A stretch of DNA of 55,910 nt, counting the filler, from Sphacelaria rigidula (taxonomy: Eukaryota): NCBI GenBank assembly GCA_964200075.2. It is 6 parts of 6 records of this genome, joined end to end, with 100 filler letters (N's around TTAATTAATTAA, not from the genome) between each part and the next. Parts side by side here need not be neighbours in the genome. Positions count along the whole stretch, not along the records: positions 1 to 9,236 come from CAXNAA020008963.1; positions 9,337 to 18,571 come from CAXNAA020008964.1; 4 more parts are not named here. One strand, given 5' to 3'. Under the pieces are notes generated by a model that was given only the letters and a program-made list of their open reading frames with translations, had not been told where the DNA came from and made no database searches. A program made the position numbers and the translations under genes. This document shows positions 1 to 14,594 of this stretch, piece after piece. Numbering within the stretch: the stretch's first letter is position 1; each line of letters begins with the position of its first letter.

Positions 1-2445
1 TTTTTTTTTTTATGTACATTTCTTTTCGTATATATTTGGGGGTGGTGGGAGTGGAAGTGTAAAGAAAACAAAAAAAATGTGGGAAGCAAGAGCACATTTC
101 AATGCTTCTGTCGCGATAGGCCGTTTCATCGGTGGTGATGCAAGCGATGAAGCAGTGGGGGCATTTCTGGGCCAGTTCAAGTGATACCTCCAATTTCACG
201 GGCCGCGGATCACTCATGGAAGACTTTGACCCGCATGAATGTGATTGGCACTAAAAAACGCTAGCGCAACAAAAGCAGATCCAACGATGCTTCATCCCCT
301 CAAATATTTATGCCAAGTGCTACTGGGCCTTACCACGGGTAAGAGAAATTCGGCTCCGGTACATTTGTCATTCGTCAGACCGCCCCTTCCCTACTCCCCT
401 CCCGGTACCAACTGCACTTATTTTTACTTAAACCGAAAAATTAATGCAAGAGCTCCACGCCCAAGAACAGCTACGAACAATGGACGTGCCCCAGGTAGCT
501 TGTTGGTCCTCTTCTCACAACGCAGGAGCGTTCATGACAAAAGCTGAGCGTGCTCGAAGGCTTGGTGGTTATTCTTCTCCCGTGCCGAATGAAATATAAG
601 CAGAAAAGTCATAAAATAGAAAGTAATCAACTCCATCAAACACTTTTCAAATTCAAATAGTGAGGTACAGTAGGTGTAAGGATTAACCTTCCGGCTGTGA
701 AGCTGGTATCGAGATTCCACGTAGAATATTTGAAAGGGGGAACATTCCCACATGAAACTCACGCCCAATGACATTGGCAGTGGCACAGATGCGGACTCGA
801 AATGACCATCACTTGCTTTGAAGTCACAAGACAACGAGGGCCCAAACTACCCGTCCAGTCTGGGCAAATACATAAATGTAGAGGGCTGATCACGAGGACT
901 GAATCGTCCATGGTCGTCACGTAGCGCTCGTTGGACGGCGATATTTCAGTGTGCTGATATCACCACTTGACCCATGCTACACCCATGGTTGAGAGCACAG
1001 ACATGACTTTCTAGTAAGGTTAGCAGCTATGGTTTCTGAAGCGCCGAGACAAAAACAATTGGGGTACAGCGGTGGTGGGGAGCCTGTATAGTGCGATGTG
1101 TTGCCCGCCCGGCACGACCGCACTATACAGGAACCTTACTGTATAACGACGCTGTCTGTTGTTGAAGGCGAGAGGTGTATGGATTCTGGTACGTTCTGCT
1201 TTGTGACGGGGGGATCTTCCGTAACTTTGCTGACTACCGTGATAGGAGCAGGGCAAAAACGGCACATGATGAAATTTGCGACGACTAATTTTGCCGGGCA
1301 GCAGCACGGAATATGTTGGTGTGGAGATACTGGGACCTCAGACTTGAAGCTCACGATTGTCTGTCGTATGCACAAGGACCGCCTCCTCTTGGGCAAGTAG
1401 CTTCTGCAATAACAGCGAAGCAACAGAACAGCAGCAGCAGCAGCAGCGACAGCACCAACAACAACCACAACCATGACATAGAAACGCGCTGAACAATGCT
1501 CCCTACACGCACCTCTCTATACACACACGCGGCCGTAAAAGCTGTAACATGAAACCAACAACACTATTGCTTTGTGACTGTACTCAACGACTGCTCAGCT
1601 TGATCCCAGAACTTGTCAAGTGCTTGACACACGCCGTTGAGGCCCAGTCTTTCGCCCGCCGATCGCCAGGGGAGAACGAACTTGGAGTACCTCCAGCGAA
1701 GGTGTCGGTTGAAAACGCTGGCCCGCACGAATAACAACGGCGCATATATATGTGCATGTAATTGCCAAGATGTAATGAAGAAAATACTTATACAAAAAAT
1801 TGAGGCCTAGATCGAGCGCTATCCATCGCAACCTAAGTTCCGAGTCTCAATGTCTTCGCATGCCAGTCGACATATTTAAATGCGGCGAAGAACACACGTG
1901 TCAGTACGACGTGCACGCTTAACTCGTGCAAGCTTTTCTATCGAGCGGTCCGTGTACAGTAAATTGCAGAACGAACGCTTACCGCACAAGAGGCTATTGT
2001 CGTCCAGCTTTCATACTACTCGTTGCAAACAAAAACTCCAGAGCATCACCCTGGCCGGCGGCTCATGTATCACAGCCCAAAACACAAGCATATACCAAAC
2101 GGTTAACGCCTGACTCTTGCCATATTTATTACAATGCAAGCGAAGCTCTGAGTACCACTGGCTTTACCGGTTATTCTAATGAACCACAGGGTTACACACA
2201 TATATATAGATAGACATAAATATAGATATAGATCGCTCTGCTTCGCATTGCAGTTCCAATTTTTCTATCCTTTCTAACATGATGTAATGGAAAAGGTACA
2301 GAAGAGACAGACGCCTTCAATGAAGAGCGATGGGACTCGCCTTCTTTGGCGGCATCTGAGCCGCCAGCGTGAAGGAGAGAGAGGGCTAGAGCTGTTAGGG
2401 CCCTTTTTAACGAAGGGGGTTCCCCTTTTTCACAATCCACTTTAA

Positions 2446-3164
2446 CCCTTAGATAGCGACCCCCCCGCTGGTAGATTGAGGTAGACACTACACTTTTTGG
2501 GGTTCAGAATCATTCCTTTGTCACAACTCAAAAGGCCTACTCTACGGCGGAAGGGACTGGGAGTGCATAAGAGGTACATAGTTGCGTCATAACACAGACG
2601 GTGGTGTGGCTGTCGACCACCTGATTATTACGCCTCATATTTTTGCTGTCCAGTCTGTAGTGTATCGTGCCGCGGCTGCACGTGCGGTCTGTGGCGTACT
2701 AGATCTTACAGCGTCGAACGTGCCGAGTGTACGCAGCATGCGTTTGGATATCGCACCATGACTACCGCCGCGAACGCCCCTGACTACCGTAGAGCAAATG
2801 CTGGGCGATGGCGGTCGCCTCACCGTCGAAGTACGTGTCTACATCTACGTGCGTCGGGTACTCGTGGCCGCCGCTCGCGTGTTGCGCCATGACGTTTCAT
2901 ACCAGATGGAGATGTGGAGCTAGTACGACGCTCAGGCGGTACTGAACAGACAGACATGCACAGTCTACCGAAGGTGCTCAAACACCTGTGTGTTGGTTAT
3001 ATAATCTATGGTTGATTAGGAATGATCAAAATGGGTTATGAGGCAAGTGTGAGGTCGTGTATTAATTAGACAGCGGTGTGGGTAGTCCGTCTGGATCACG
3101 CACATTTTTTTCAAGTATATATTGATGCCGATCCAGCAGGTGACCTACCCCCGCGGTCAAAGGG
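2446..3164. mobile_element. piggyBac-type non-autonomous element
   Basis: TTAA|CCCTTAGATAGCG ... CGCGGTCAAAGGG|TTAA. Both ends are homologous to the copy at 52874-53854. Confidence 0.75.
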
Positions 3165-6100
3165 TTAACGAACCAAGGAAAGTGAAAGTCATTTCGTGAT
3201 AGTGACAGTGAAGTGACGGTTAACAACTGTATTATCACCAGAAATTACGCACCGTTCTAATCAGGGATGCTAGGGTGGGAAACAAGTGATACAGAACCGG
3301 TAAAATAACACGCGAACAGACCAGCGACTTCAAGGAGGGCGGCAATCACGCGCGAGGGGGTATGGGTATTGTCGCAGGTCGAAACGCGGCCCGCCTTCCG
3401 CCCGAGAAGAAGAAGCAACAGCAGCAGTATCAGCAGCATCGTGATTGCCAGTAGCTCAGGCTACGGCGTGAAGGGTAAAAACATGAGAGAGTGCTAGAGT
3501 TGTTGTATACCGAAATAGTCAGCAACACTACGTTTTCGGTTGCTGTTTGAAACGCACGCCACCGCCTTTAATGAAATACTGGACGGCGTTCCGTCAAACA
3601 AAGGCTGTCTTGTGTAGAAGACGAGCTAGCGCTTGAAAAATGCGCGTGGAATGTGGGCATGCGTCGTTTTTTGTGGCTCGGTGTATCGGTGCTGTGGTAC
3701 CTGGTTGGTCTTGTCCGCAGCACTACAGAGTTTCCGGGCTAGCGCTGCTTCCAGGACTGCTGCAATTTTTACCTGTGCGCAGATCTGTGCCCCGATCTAA
3801 GCATAACTTCTTGTCGATGAGACTAATCACTGGTCGTTATGGCGGCATCACTTCACGACCGGAGACGTGTTCACTCGACCGGAGACCCTACTCCCCGACG
3901 CAAGACAGCAATGCAGAGAGACTGTCGCGACACACAAAGCCTGCAACGAAGAGCGTGTCTGTTTGCTCGATCGTGAGCGGCATACAGACGCTACCGGCGT
4001 TTGGGCGCGTCGCCACAAGGTTTAATTGGGTTGCGCGAAGAGAGACAATTAGAGACACATGTACACCGACGAGAAAAAAATGAGACGGCGTGTTTTTAAC
4101 CCCGTACACCCCCTGCGGACATGAAGCATGAAAACCACGGGACTATACTTCATACCAGGGCTCACGGCAGTAGACGCACTACGCGTCAGCGATTTCACCA
4201 CTAACCCATCCACACGTGGTAGGTCGGTCCATGCCCCATACGCGCTCGAGTATCCATAGGCCACAAATATGTGAATATGTGAACGTGCCAAGAAGACAAG
4301 ATCCTTTTGTAGAAGTTCGAAAAAGATAAACCATGTACGTCGCCCTGGTACAGGCAGGCTCAAGAACAGCAGTCCGAAACACCCATAAATTTTCCCAAGT
4401 CACCCACCGCGTTCAATCGCGTTTGATCATGATTACCGACCATCGCGTTCGATCATGCCTACCGGAAAAAAAAGCCGCTGGAGATCACTAACCGTGCAGA
4501 AAAACAGACAGACTGGCGCGCTGGCCTCGCCCAAGCTCAAGCCCAACGTGCGGTGGAAGTCAAGACAAGGGTCGTATCAAAAGTGCCCCCATCACTTTTA
4601 AAAAAATCACTTGCGGAGGAGTGTTGCCACCACAACGACCAGTGATGAGTTTCATCGACAAGTAGTTATGTTGAGACCGAAGCCCAGATCTGCGCACGCA
4701 CGTCTGGGTTCCAAGTTTTTGAATTTGCGCCTTTCATCGAATATTGGACGGGTTTCCGTCAAACAAAGGCTGTCGCGTGTGGATAATCAGTAAGGTATCA
4801 CTTGAACGATGCGCGTAAGTGGTGCGTGTCTGTGCGTGTTTTTTCAGGGCTGGGTGTGTAGGTGTTGTGCTCCGTTGTTGCATCTTGTCGGCAGCATTAC
4901 ACAGACCTTGGACCTGGTTGGACAAAAGACCACTACCACACCCGCTGCAATTCTCAACCTGCGTGCAGACCTGGGTTACAAGTGCTTGCATTAGAATACC
5001 GTCCGTCTTCAGCTTTCAAGCGGTGTATGAAATCAACCAAAAGACTAAAACATGGGACATGTCTTGTCTCGCTGTGCTTCAGCACAAACACTGCGTGCTT
5101 TTTTTGGGTTGCAAGTTTTTGCACTTAAATACAGTCCGTCTTCAGGTTTCGAGCGATCAGGACGCTGTGATTTTGCAACAAGAGAAGCTGATGCTTACTG
5201 TGTATACAGTCCGTCTTCAGGTCCTAAAACCAGAAAACACTGCTGTGTTGTCTGGTAACTGCCGCGTTGTCTGGTGTTGAGTGTAGTACTCTGCACTTCA
5301 TATACCACTGCAGAGTTGTCTTGTGCTGAGTGACCACCCTGTACTCCAGTTCATGGGGTCATCTTTTGAGCGGTTCTTGAAAAGTTCTGTTTGTTTTTTG
5401 AAAAGTTCTCGAAACGTTCTGCTCGTTTTTTCTGTCACAGAAATCCAATACCGGATCTGGAACAGCCTGAGACAACACCCCAATTTCCCAGCATGTCTTT
5501 GTAGCATTATCAGTGTACGAAATTCCGGCGCTACCGCGATTGTCCTACGCGATATTGACATTTTTTGGAGCAAAAGATTGAAGTCAAAACACATGTAAAA
5601 CTCATGCTGGATGTCCAGCACGTGAGATACGCGTGATCGATATCCACTTGAACAACACGCTGCATCACCTGCGGGTGAAGCTTGCTTGCACTTCATTCGG
5701 TGTCGATCAGTGTGCAATTAAAACAAGTTCCAGCGAGTTGCAAAAGAACTCCGAAAACGTTAAGGGCGTATGACGGGAAAGACAGCACATGGCGACGTGA
5801 AATTTCATTCGTACATGCATGAGCTACAAAGACCTCGCTCCCAGTGAGGTCAACACCAACAACGTCATACTAGATGAGTCAGATCCTCAGCAAAAGGGTA
5901 TGGGCAAAACTTTCACCAGGTTGCGTGGCGGTTCTGTGCCCGTCGTCTCAGACAGTTACCGGAGGGTATGCACGTGTTTTTTTTCCCGTAAGGTCGTCCG
6001 CAGACAGATTAAACCAGATGGACAGCAGTACATCCAGATTGTTGACGAGGCAGCGCACAGACGATGCTTTACTCGCCGGTTACCTGGCCTTTCTATTCGT

Positions 6101-6406
6101 GCTGTCTCGGAGGTCTATCAAATTGCGACTTTTTTTTCGTTTGCACCCACTGTACCCTATTCGCAGCGTAGGCTGGACGGAACAGATTCGTCGTTTTCCG
6201 TCCAAACGGAGTAAAAAACATGTTCGCAATTCCTTCCGCTTTTTCCAAGTGATCTGACTGCGTGTACAAGGAGTCGTAGCAAAGGGGTGACTATTGTCGT
6301 AATATAGCGATTTACGCGAAACTTGGAACAGTGCTTCCATGGTCGTGCATACTTGTAACGTGATCAGTTCAGTGCATGTCATTTGCTTTACATGCGTTGT
6401 GTTGTG

Positions 6407-6445
6407 TGGGGTGGGTGGGTGGGTGGGTGGGTGGGTGGGGGTGGG
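6407..6445. repeat. (GGGT)n repeat, G-quadruplex-capable
   Basis: Run of GGGT/GGGGT units. Confidence 0.85.
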
Positions 6446-6727
6446 AACTGTTGTCCGCAACTACGACATTTATCGACGTGATGTATGTCACGATATATTT
6501 GAACAAGGGTGGCATTTGCTTGGGCTCAAGCGTGGATAGGCTGAACAGCATTTCAACGTGTTCATTGCCTCAAGCAACGGCTGGAGCTGGTCGTTTCCCA
6601 GCGACAATATGGCTCAATCCTCCACCAGCATCCCCCGCGGGATGGCTCTCGAATAAGACGGTATCTTAACTGATGAAGACACAAAGACGCGCTTTGAGTT
6701 AATCGAATCCCCTCGCCCCACCCCCGA

Positions 6728-6791
6728 CTCCGTCTCGAAAGGGATGCGTGGTCAATGGTCGAACGACTAAGGCAAGCAACAAATGAGTACG
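6728..6791 (+). mobile_element. Mini-retroposon family A at a C-tract
   Basis: CTCCGTCTCGAAAGGGATGCGTGGTCAATGGTC...ATGAGTACG flanked by the 12-bp direct repeat CCCCACCCCCGA. Confidence 0.8.
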
Positions 6792-9236
6792 CCCCCACCC
6801 CCGAATCTGAAGGCAAAAACACTATTGAATGGGAGCGGTGCCTTCCGAGGACACGCAGGATGAAAAAACATGTCGGGAAGTAAAAAACGAAAGAAGCACA
6901 AGGACCATTTCTCATCGCGGCGACTAATTTGTTTCGGCTCGGTTGTGTGCCTGTTTAGACCCCTTCGGCAACGCTCATCGTGTGTCAAGACGGTCAGGCG
7001 GTCTACTGTATGCGAACCTCCGCATGACTTGCTCTACTGCCTAGAGTAGGACGATCCCGGTGCACCCTGGCGCTATACGTTGCACGCAATTGGACTTCGG
7101 GCCAAAAACACAAGATGAATACAAGCCTTCAATTATGAAAAATGCCTACATGAAGAGGTCTGAATAATTCTCGTTATTCCCACGAACGCAGAAGGCATGC
7201 TCCTAAAATTCTCGGTGCCTGTCCGCGAATACCCATAGTACGTGTTTCGGGGTCGATAATTACGTAGTTCTCAGCCTGATGTCTTTGTCAACTGCTTCTG
7301 TTTCCCTTCTTCTCCCTTTTACGTTTTTCATTTTCCCCCTGTTCCCAAGTCTCCTGCACGAGTATTTCAATTTCTTTTCACGTCAAGTATATCTTCTTGT
7401 GACCACAGCTCTAGGCGTGGCGGCTCCGTCCATGTGCGACACCGTGAGCGACACCCACTTCACCAATCGATCAAGTTCCTGACGTTCCTGGAGTTCCGCA
7501 AACCTCGGCCCCCCAACCAAATTTCACGAAGAGTTTTCGTCTACTACCACGTGCAGGTTGCATGCCCACTTGGTCACTGCGAGCGGCGCACTCTTCACGG
7601 GGAGCAACCTGCCTATCATCCGCAACACATGCACAAACTATGTTTTTGGACAAGTCAGATGCTCAGTAAAAGGTGACATAATACTCGTAGCAGGTTACCC
7701 TGGCAACCCTGTTTCTATGGCTTCAGACGAGAAAGGAATGGTGAGTGGTTCCACGGTAGGAGTACAAAATTTTGTCTGAGGTCCAAACTGTTAGGGTCCC
7801 TCTATCTCATCCAAAAGACGGCTTATGAACTAAGTGACAACACGCCACGATTAGTATTCCACTGGGCTAGGGACATCCCGAATAAATTTTCGAACGGGAA
7901 GGTCCTGGCTATTGTCCTTGTGCAGCTCCTAACTTTAGGAGCCCCTGGATGAGAAGAGCTGAGTTCAAATGTGCAACCCCAACCGTAGCACGACTCTGGT
8001 GTTTTTTTGGTTTCAGTAACCGTGGGAGTTTTCAGTCCCATCAACCAGAGCACGGACACATGTCCGTCATATCCCGTCTTCCGAGCGGAACAAGTATTAT
8101 AGCGTTCTCAATCGGCGACACCGGCAAAATGCTCCTTTGAAGCCATTTCACTCCTGCCAACAACCATGATACACTGTTCATCTTTGTGACTCGTCGATAC
8201 CAACGGACGGAGTGATGATTCCGCAACAAATACACATCTCTCGAAACGTCGCACTTGTTCTGTGTGCAGTGAAGCGCGGGGGTCGTCGGTTTGTGTTCGG
8301 AGGAACTGATTCGTGCCGTCAAGCCCTTGCTTATGAAGCCTCCGACAAACAAAGGCCTGACGATACGTGCCACACTCTGCATGCAGCCTTGAACCCTTCT
8401 GAAAAATCGTCTCTAAAGTCCCTCAACCGGCATCCGAAGGTAGGGAGATGACTGACCAAATCGTCACACGAGGGAACCACCCTTTAAACTTGGCTTGAGA
8501 TAGTAAAGAGTGCTTGGTGCATCCTTGATGTCGATATTCAATGATACGTCGGCACGTGAACAACGCTTTACCCCGACGCTATCGCACGTTAAGAAGAAGT
8601 GTGCCGTTGTGCATCAAACACATGGACCCCCTTGCTGTAGGCAAGGATATTACACACACAATGGAGTATGACACACACATCGTGGGATGAGGGTCAAGCT
8701 CAACATGCCGTGTGAAGTAGAAGCAGACACGGGCTCGAAACGGCTTTTCCAGTATCCTTGCGTGATCGGAGGCGCATGCGTGCGTATGAGTGTGTATATA
8801 TACGCACACGCAGACAGAGCCATGCTACGATAGGGGGGTGGGGGTGGTCAATTTTACGAAAAAATGTGCTCATAGACGCGTCAAACGACCTGTAACACTT
8901 GCGGTGCCGTTGTATTTGAGTAAAAGCGGTGGAAAGCAGTATGAATGAGCGTTAATCATCGGGAGCGAGCACGTTCGAAAAACTGTTGGCTGCTTTCAAC
9001 GGCGATTGAAGTGGAATTTCGTGGAAGAGAACGGCCCAAAATACTCCCACCCGCAGCCTCAACGCCGCACAATGGGGATGATCGTACTACGTAGTGGGTC
9101 CATGGTGAGACACCCAGGAGGCAGTGCATAAGGCGTGACTGTCGCTGGAAGTGTCAATACCAGATAATAAAGCAACTCATTGTTGGCTGTCATCCAAATG
9201 CAAGATAATCAGTAGGCCTCGGGCCGAACAATCTTA

Positions 9237-9336
9237 NNNNNNNNNNNNNNNNNNNNNNNNNNNNNNNNNNNNNNNNNNNNTTAATTAATTAANNNNNNNN
9301 NNNNNNNNNNNNNNNNNNNNNNNNNNNNNNNNNNNN
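9237..9336. other. Artificial contig spacer (N44-TTAATTAATTAA-N44)
   Basis: 100 bp with a six-frame stop linker. Identical spacers at 18572-18671, 27907-28006, 37242-37341 and 46577-46676, exactly 9335 bp apart. Confidence 0.98.
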
Positions 9337-11049
9337 AGCATTGTCATCCTAAATTTTGAGTCATCCTGCGAGAGGGGGGGGGGGGGGTGTTTGATTGCAC
9401 GAAGAAAAAGGCTCATAAGTGTGTCCGACGACCTGCCCCACCCGCGATGCGCTTGAATTTCGTCCAAAACGGTGTCAATCATAATAAATAAGCGTCATTT
9501 ATCTTCAACAAGTTCGTTCGAGCAACCGTTGCTGATTTCAGCGACGATTTGCCTTGGAATTTCGGGCGAGAAATGGCCCAAAATATCCCTCCCCTATTGT
9601 AGGATGACTCTTTTCCAAAACCTGACCTACCCCCGCCTGACTGACCGCCTGGCCACTGGAATTTGAAATTGTTGGGAAAACTTGTCATGAAGACTTTAAA
9701 AACCGTTTGACCCTTGTCTGTAGACCCCTTTCTTTCTACTACAGCACAAAGATTGGTTCGTAATCATCATCGCCAGAGCATCTCGTCAGTGCATCAACGT
9801 TGATGAGGTCCCCGTATGTCGTACATGGCGCCATTTGTGAGGCACAGCAGATGTGAGTCCCACCCCCAAAACCTCTCAGTATGGTGCTCGTAGAACTCAC
9901 CAAAGTACGCGGTGCCCCAATATCTTGGCACCTCAAAGAACTAACTTTGTAGTGCTGTACCCGAGCAGAACCCATCCCCCCAAATGCTCAACCCATTCCT
10001 CACAGTACCCAGTGCCTCAAGGACTCTGAGTACCGGCACTCCGAACTATTTGTCATTTCTGACACACGATCTGCGACTAACCGTAATCGGTATACTGCCC
10101 TTCACAGGGATTTGAAGTACGTGCACTCCGCGTATTGTCCGACATAGAACCCGAACTATTTATCCGAAATACTGTTACACCCAGTGCTCACTACTGTACT
10201 CTGAAGAGCGATACGCCGCCACCGCCCTTCCCCAGTACTTAAAATACCGGCAATCCGAAGTATCAATAGTACATTTTTACGGTGTCCGGAGTAATCGTAC
10301 CCCCCGATATTTGATATTGCTCAGTACTCGGGGTGATAACTCCCTCCCCCTGAGTAGTTGGAGTATCGGATTTCCGAAGCATTGTTTATTGCCATTTCCG
10401 GAGTACCACATTCCCTCGAATCCTCGGTCTGTTACTCGTATACTCGGTAAAATTACTGACTTTCACCAAGCATTTGAACTACCTACCCTCAGAAGTTTCG
10501 ACCATCACAGAATCTGGAGTGCCCATTCTCCCCAGACATTCGGTATGTCTTCTCGCAGTACTCACAATAGTAATGAGTACCCCAAAGTGTATCTTAGGGT
10601 CCACGAGTTCCCCTAACAGAATAACATATGATATTTTAGAGCATCCACAATACCGAGCCCCTAAAAATACTCGTACATACCACAGGCCAGTTGAGGGTGA
10701 ACACTCAACATTTTTTCCTCACTAGAAAAATATCGCAAAACTGACTCGATAAGAACTAATTTGGTATCATAGCGACCAGGGACAGATTGGCTGATCCCTC
10801 GAGACAACGGACTCGTCCCGAGGAAGGGGAGAGGTTCAACGTGCGACAAATATATGAATAAATAAATAAAAATACAAAATAAAATGAAATAAAACACGCG
10901 ACCCTCACGAGCAAGCGAAGAGTATGACATGGTCAGATTTCATCTTGCTCTTTGCCGTGGCGCTGGTGGTGAAAATGTTCCCCAGCCAATCATCCAAGTT
11001 CTTCTGAAATTGAAAATGAGAATTCCCTACTCAATTGTACTCAACTTCA

Positions 11050-13400
11050 TCACGAACCACCTCTCAGGAATAGCTATCAGCTAGGCAATCTAACGAGAGA
11101 AGAGCGATTTGTACACGGTTTCAACGGAATCGAATCATACCCCAAAAGGTGGTAGATCCGTGATGTGGGGTGCCGGTGTCGTCGGATTCCCTCTAATAAT
11201 GTGCATCAAAGACCTAAAAAGCGTCTTGGTTTTTTCCTTCGTAATTTTCGTAGAAAACCCCCCAGCATCCTCAAACTTGCCAACTTCGTATATATGGATG
11301 CTACAGATGTTAACAATAAAATCATCGAACGACATTTACAAGTTTATTCACTCCCTACCTGCTTCCGGGGGTTCCAGCGTGAAGACTGCCAGAAGCCGCT
11401 ACCGATTACTTCGTGATAAAATATTCAAGTTTGACCCGTCCCGAGGTAGTCCAAGCAACGCTTGCACAAAGATTCGTTGCGTAACTCGAAAGGCTGATCT
11501 CAAACGGTCGACTTAAGCCCCAGCGCACAGGGAAAACAACGTTAGTTTACCATAATCAAGTAACTAGGCGGCCTCCGCGTACATTTGTGCACTTCAATGC
11601 ACATACGAGCCAAAGCTCTAGCCGTTTTTTCAACTAGACACTGAAATGTTCCACACGGGTGCTCCAAAATATTTGGAACAGCTGCATTAATGAGATCTGT
11701 TTGTTTGTTTTTTCCGCCAGATATCCCGGGTCCCGGGAGGTGGTGTCTGACACCGCTTCTGGGCGATACAGCCTCCAGGAATCCCGAATATCTGGCGTAC
11801 AACAAAACGACAGACCTCATGCATGCTGCCATTCGGAATGTTTGAGAGAGCTAGTGAGAAAATATTTCAGGGTCTAACTCGGAACAACGGCGTCAAGGAT
11901 CGCGGGGGAAATTATTCCGATCGTTCACCCTGAACCAGCCGGTACCTCATCTGGAAACCTCCACGCCCCTTCGACACGCCTTCCAATTCAAACACACGCT
12001 GCACTTTCGGCTGTGCAGACGGGAAAGCCGTCAACATTTTCGGGAGATTTTTTGCTCGGAGTCCCGGCGGCGGCTCCAGCTTCATCCGTACCTCTTTCCC
12101 TTCGTACTTTCTCAACCAATTCTTCGCCGTACACATTCTTGATGGAGTGCCACCCGATCACCATCACCAGGACCATGATAATGGCCATCAGGAAAAAGGC
12201 AAGGTGGAAGTCAAAAGGGACAGGATTGTCATGGTTGATAGAGGCCGCGAATATCACGGAGAAGAAGACAGGACCAGCGGCCTGGAGACGTTCATCGACC
12301 GAAGGGGGGATCGGAAGGTAGCGCGTTACATTTAATTCATCAGTCGGCCGTTGTGCTCAGTAGCAGCAGAGCAAATGCAATCGCTGAAGGCAACAGTTAC
12401 ATATCATGTGTGGTGCATTCACCGCGTAGAACCAAGATGCACGGCGAAATGGTCAGAAACCCACCGCATGTTTTCTCGAATGACAAGAAGGGTGCAGTAC
12501 CCTTACCAGTTGAAATATTCGGATACCTCTGCACCCAACCCCTTCTTCTCGTGAAAGATTCTCCGACAAAGTCCGCAGTAACATACGGGTGAACACTGTA
12601 GGCCCCCACTTCGAGGCGGAATACAAAGCGCGAGCACAAAATTGAACGCATTCAAGCGAGACCCCGCCTTGAGGTGGATTCAGCCCTATCCACGGCGGAG
12701 TAACAAGAATACAATAACTCGATTTTTCCCGCCGTCAAGTGGGGTTCAGACTACCGCCCCCCGGTGGGGACAGCACTGCATACATGAATAAAGAGCTGTT
12801 TGACAGATACCCACGATGGAAATGAAAGACGTGCTGACGTTCGGTAAGCGAGCGGGGGAGGCGGTGTGCGCCTGGGGGCAATGGGCTGCCCCATCCGCTC
12901 TTGCAGCTTTTTCAGCGAAATGCCTGGCAGCGTCCTGGCCGTGCTTCTCAGCCACCTCTTCCATCTGAACGTGGAGGGCATCAGGGTCGCTTTTCAGCGC
13001 TCCCACATGTGGCCACGGGATTTCCAATTGCTCCGCCATATCGCTCGCCAACTCTTGATGATGCAGCGCACCAAAATGGTACTCCACTCTACTTTCAGGT
13101 ATACTAATGCGCCACTCTGACTCCAAGAACATGGATGTGACATATTCGCGCACCGAACTCGAATCGAGGTATTTCACAGATTGTCACTGACAAAAATAAC
13201 ATACATGGGAGTGTGTACTGTTCAGCGAGATTTGTCGATGCATACAATTGGACACAAATCGCCCGTCGCGTGATATCATTGGACAAACCCAACCCGACCG
13301 CTCCTAAATTTCATGTTCGGTACATCCATGGCGTATGCTTCTGGAGTTTCCCTTGGTCTTCCACAGTAAAAATGATTGCCGTCGTTCGTTTCTGTATCCA
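11050..13400 (-). pseudogene. Degraded transposase-like coding relic (possibly MULE)
   Basis: Broken protein-like frames: VCIDKS, RICHIHV, YLDSSSVREYVTSMFLESEWR, KNWLRKYEGKEVRMKLEPPPG. Multiple stops and frameshifts. Family assignment is tentative. Confidence 0.3.
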
Positions 13401-14594
13401 CCTTCTTTTCTTTGTCACAACTTGAAAAAACGAGGCGTCTGGCCCGGGGACGGGAGGGCAAGGTTCCAAAAGGGTCAAATCGGGACAATGGACTTGAAAT
13501 TGGTTGGGGGACCGCAGCTTGCAATACAGTCAAAGCGACTTCAAGTTATGTCGAGACGAAAGGGCCGTGAAAGTAGTGAGAGACTACAGCTTGCAATCAT
13601 ATACAGTACAAGCCGTTCGGGACCGCGGCTACCGCCCCGGTCCCGTCCGTCTTCTTGGAGGGTCGCGGTATTCTCGCCTTGCCAAGCCCTCGTGAGAATA
13701 GATCCTCTTTCGAAATGTTCATCTTGCATACAAACAAAAACACATGTAAACTCCAGGATTGCGGGTATGAACGACGAGCAAAAACGGATATCTAAGGCAT
13801 TAGAGCGCCCCGGTCCCGCCCGCCTTTTTAGAGGGTCGCGTTATTCTTGCCCTGCCAAGCTCTGGTGAGAAATGGTTCTCAGCAACAACTTTATGTCCTT
13901 AGTCGGTGGCGCTGCGGTGCCCACTGGTGTGTGTCTGTATCTAGCTAGTCTGCTGCCCCGAATCCCTCAGGAGTTTCCCTTTTTGTGATTACTTGATTCC
14001 ACTGTTTTCTGCTGCCTTTTTTTTTCTCAGGCCGGCCATCTCTTTCTGTGCGCTTTTGTTAAGTTTTTCTTTCTTTATTATCATTACATTTTTTACGTCT
14101 TAGTCTACTACGTTGTTCTGCTCGACTTTTTTCTGCTCGTTCGTTTCCTTGAACGAGTGTTTCAGTCTTGCTTGTCTTGAGCACGTCTATCATGCGACCA
14201 CGGCTGGACCCATAGGTGGTCAGTTAAAGTGCGACATTCATTCATTCAATCAATCAATCAATCATACGGAAGAAATAAGACGATTAAGAGTACTGGATTG
14301 CGGGTGGAACGATGAGGAAAAGTGCATGGGAAAAGTATTGCAGCGCGACTGAGAAAGAGGGCAACGGTCGATACGTCGTAGCATTCCCTCTGCTCGCACC
14401 GATGCCTTCGAGGTTATTGTGCTTATTTACAGGGAAGTGGAAAGGGATAATATGATGATGGGAACACAATTTGCGAGACGATGAGGAATCGGACCGCGGG
14501 TATAAACGATGAGAGAAAGTGCGCGAAGATTGCAGTGGAAGACTAAATCGACTCCCAGTGTGGAAAAACTGTGCCCTTATACAGCACCACCAGC

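Noticed and set aside
6728-6791. Hammerhead retrozyme
   Set aside because: It has a GAAA loop but no CUGANGA core within the element on either strand.
5300-8450. Endogenous phaeovirus genes
   Set aside because: Some protein-like fragments exist, but I recognise no viral hallmark motif. This needs a translated search.
9281-9292. Regularly spaced TTAATTAATTAA as a biological motif
   Set aside because: It is embedded in N runs and is an assembly linker.
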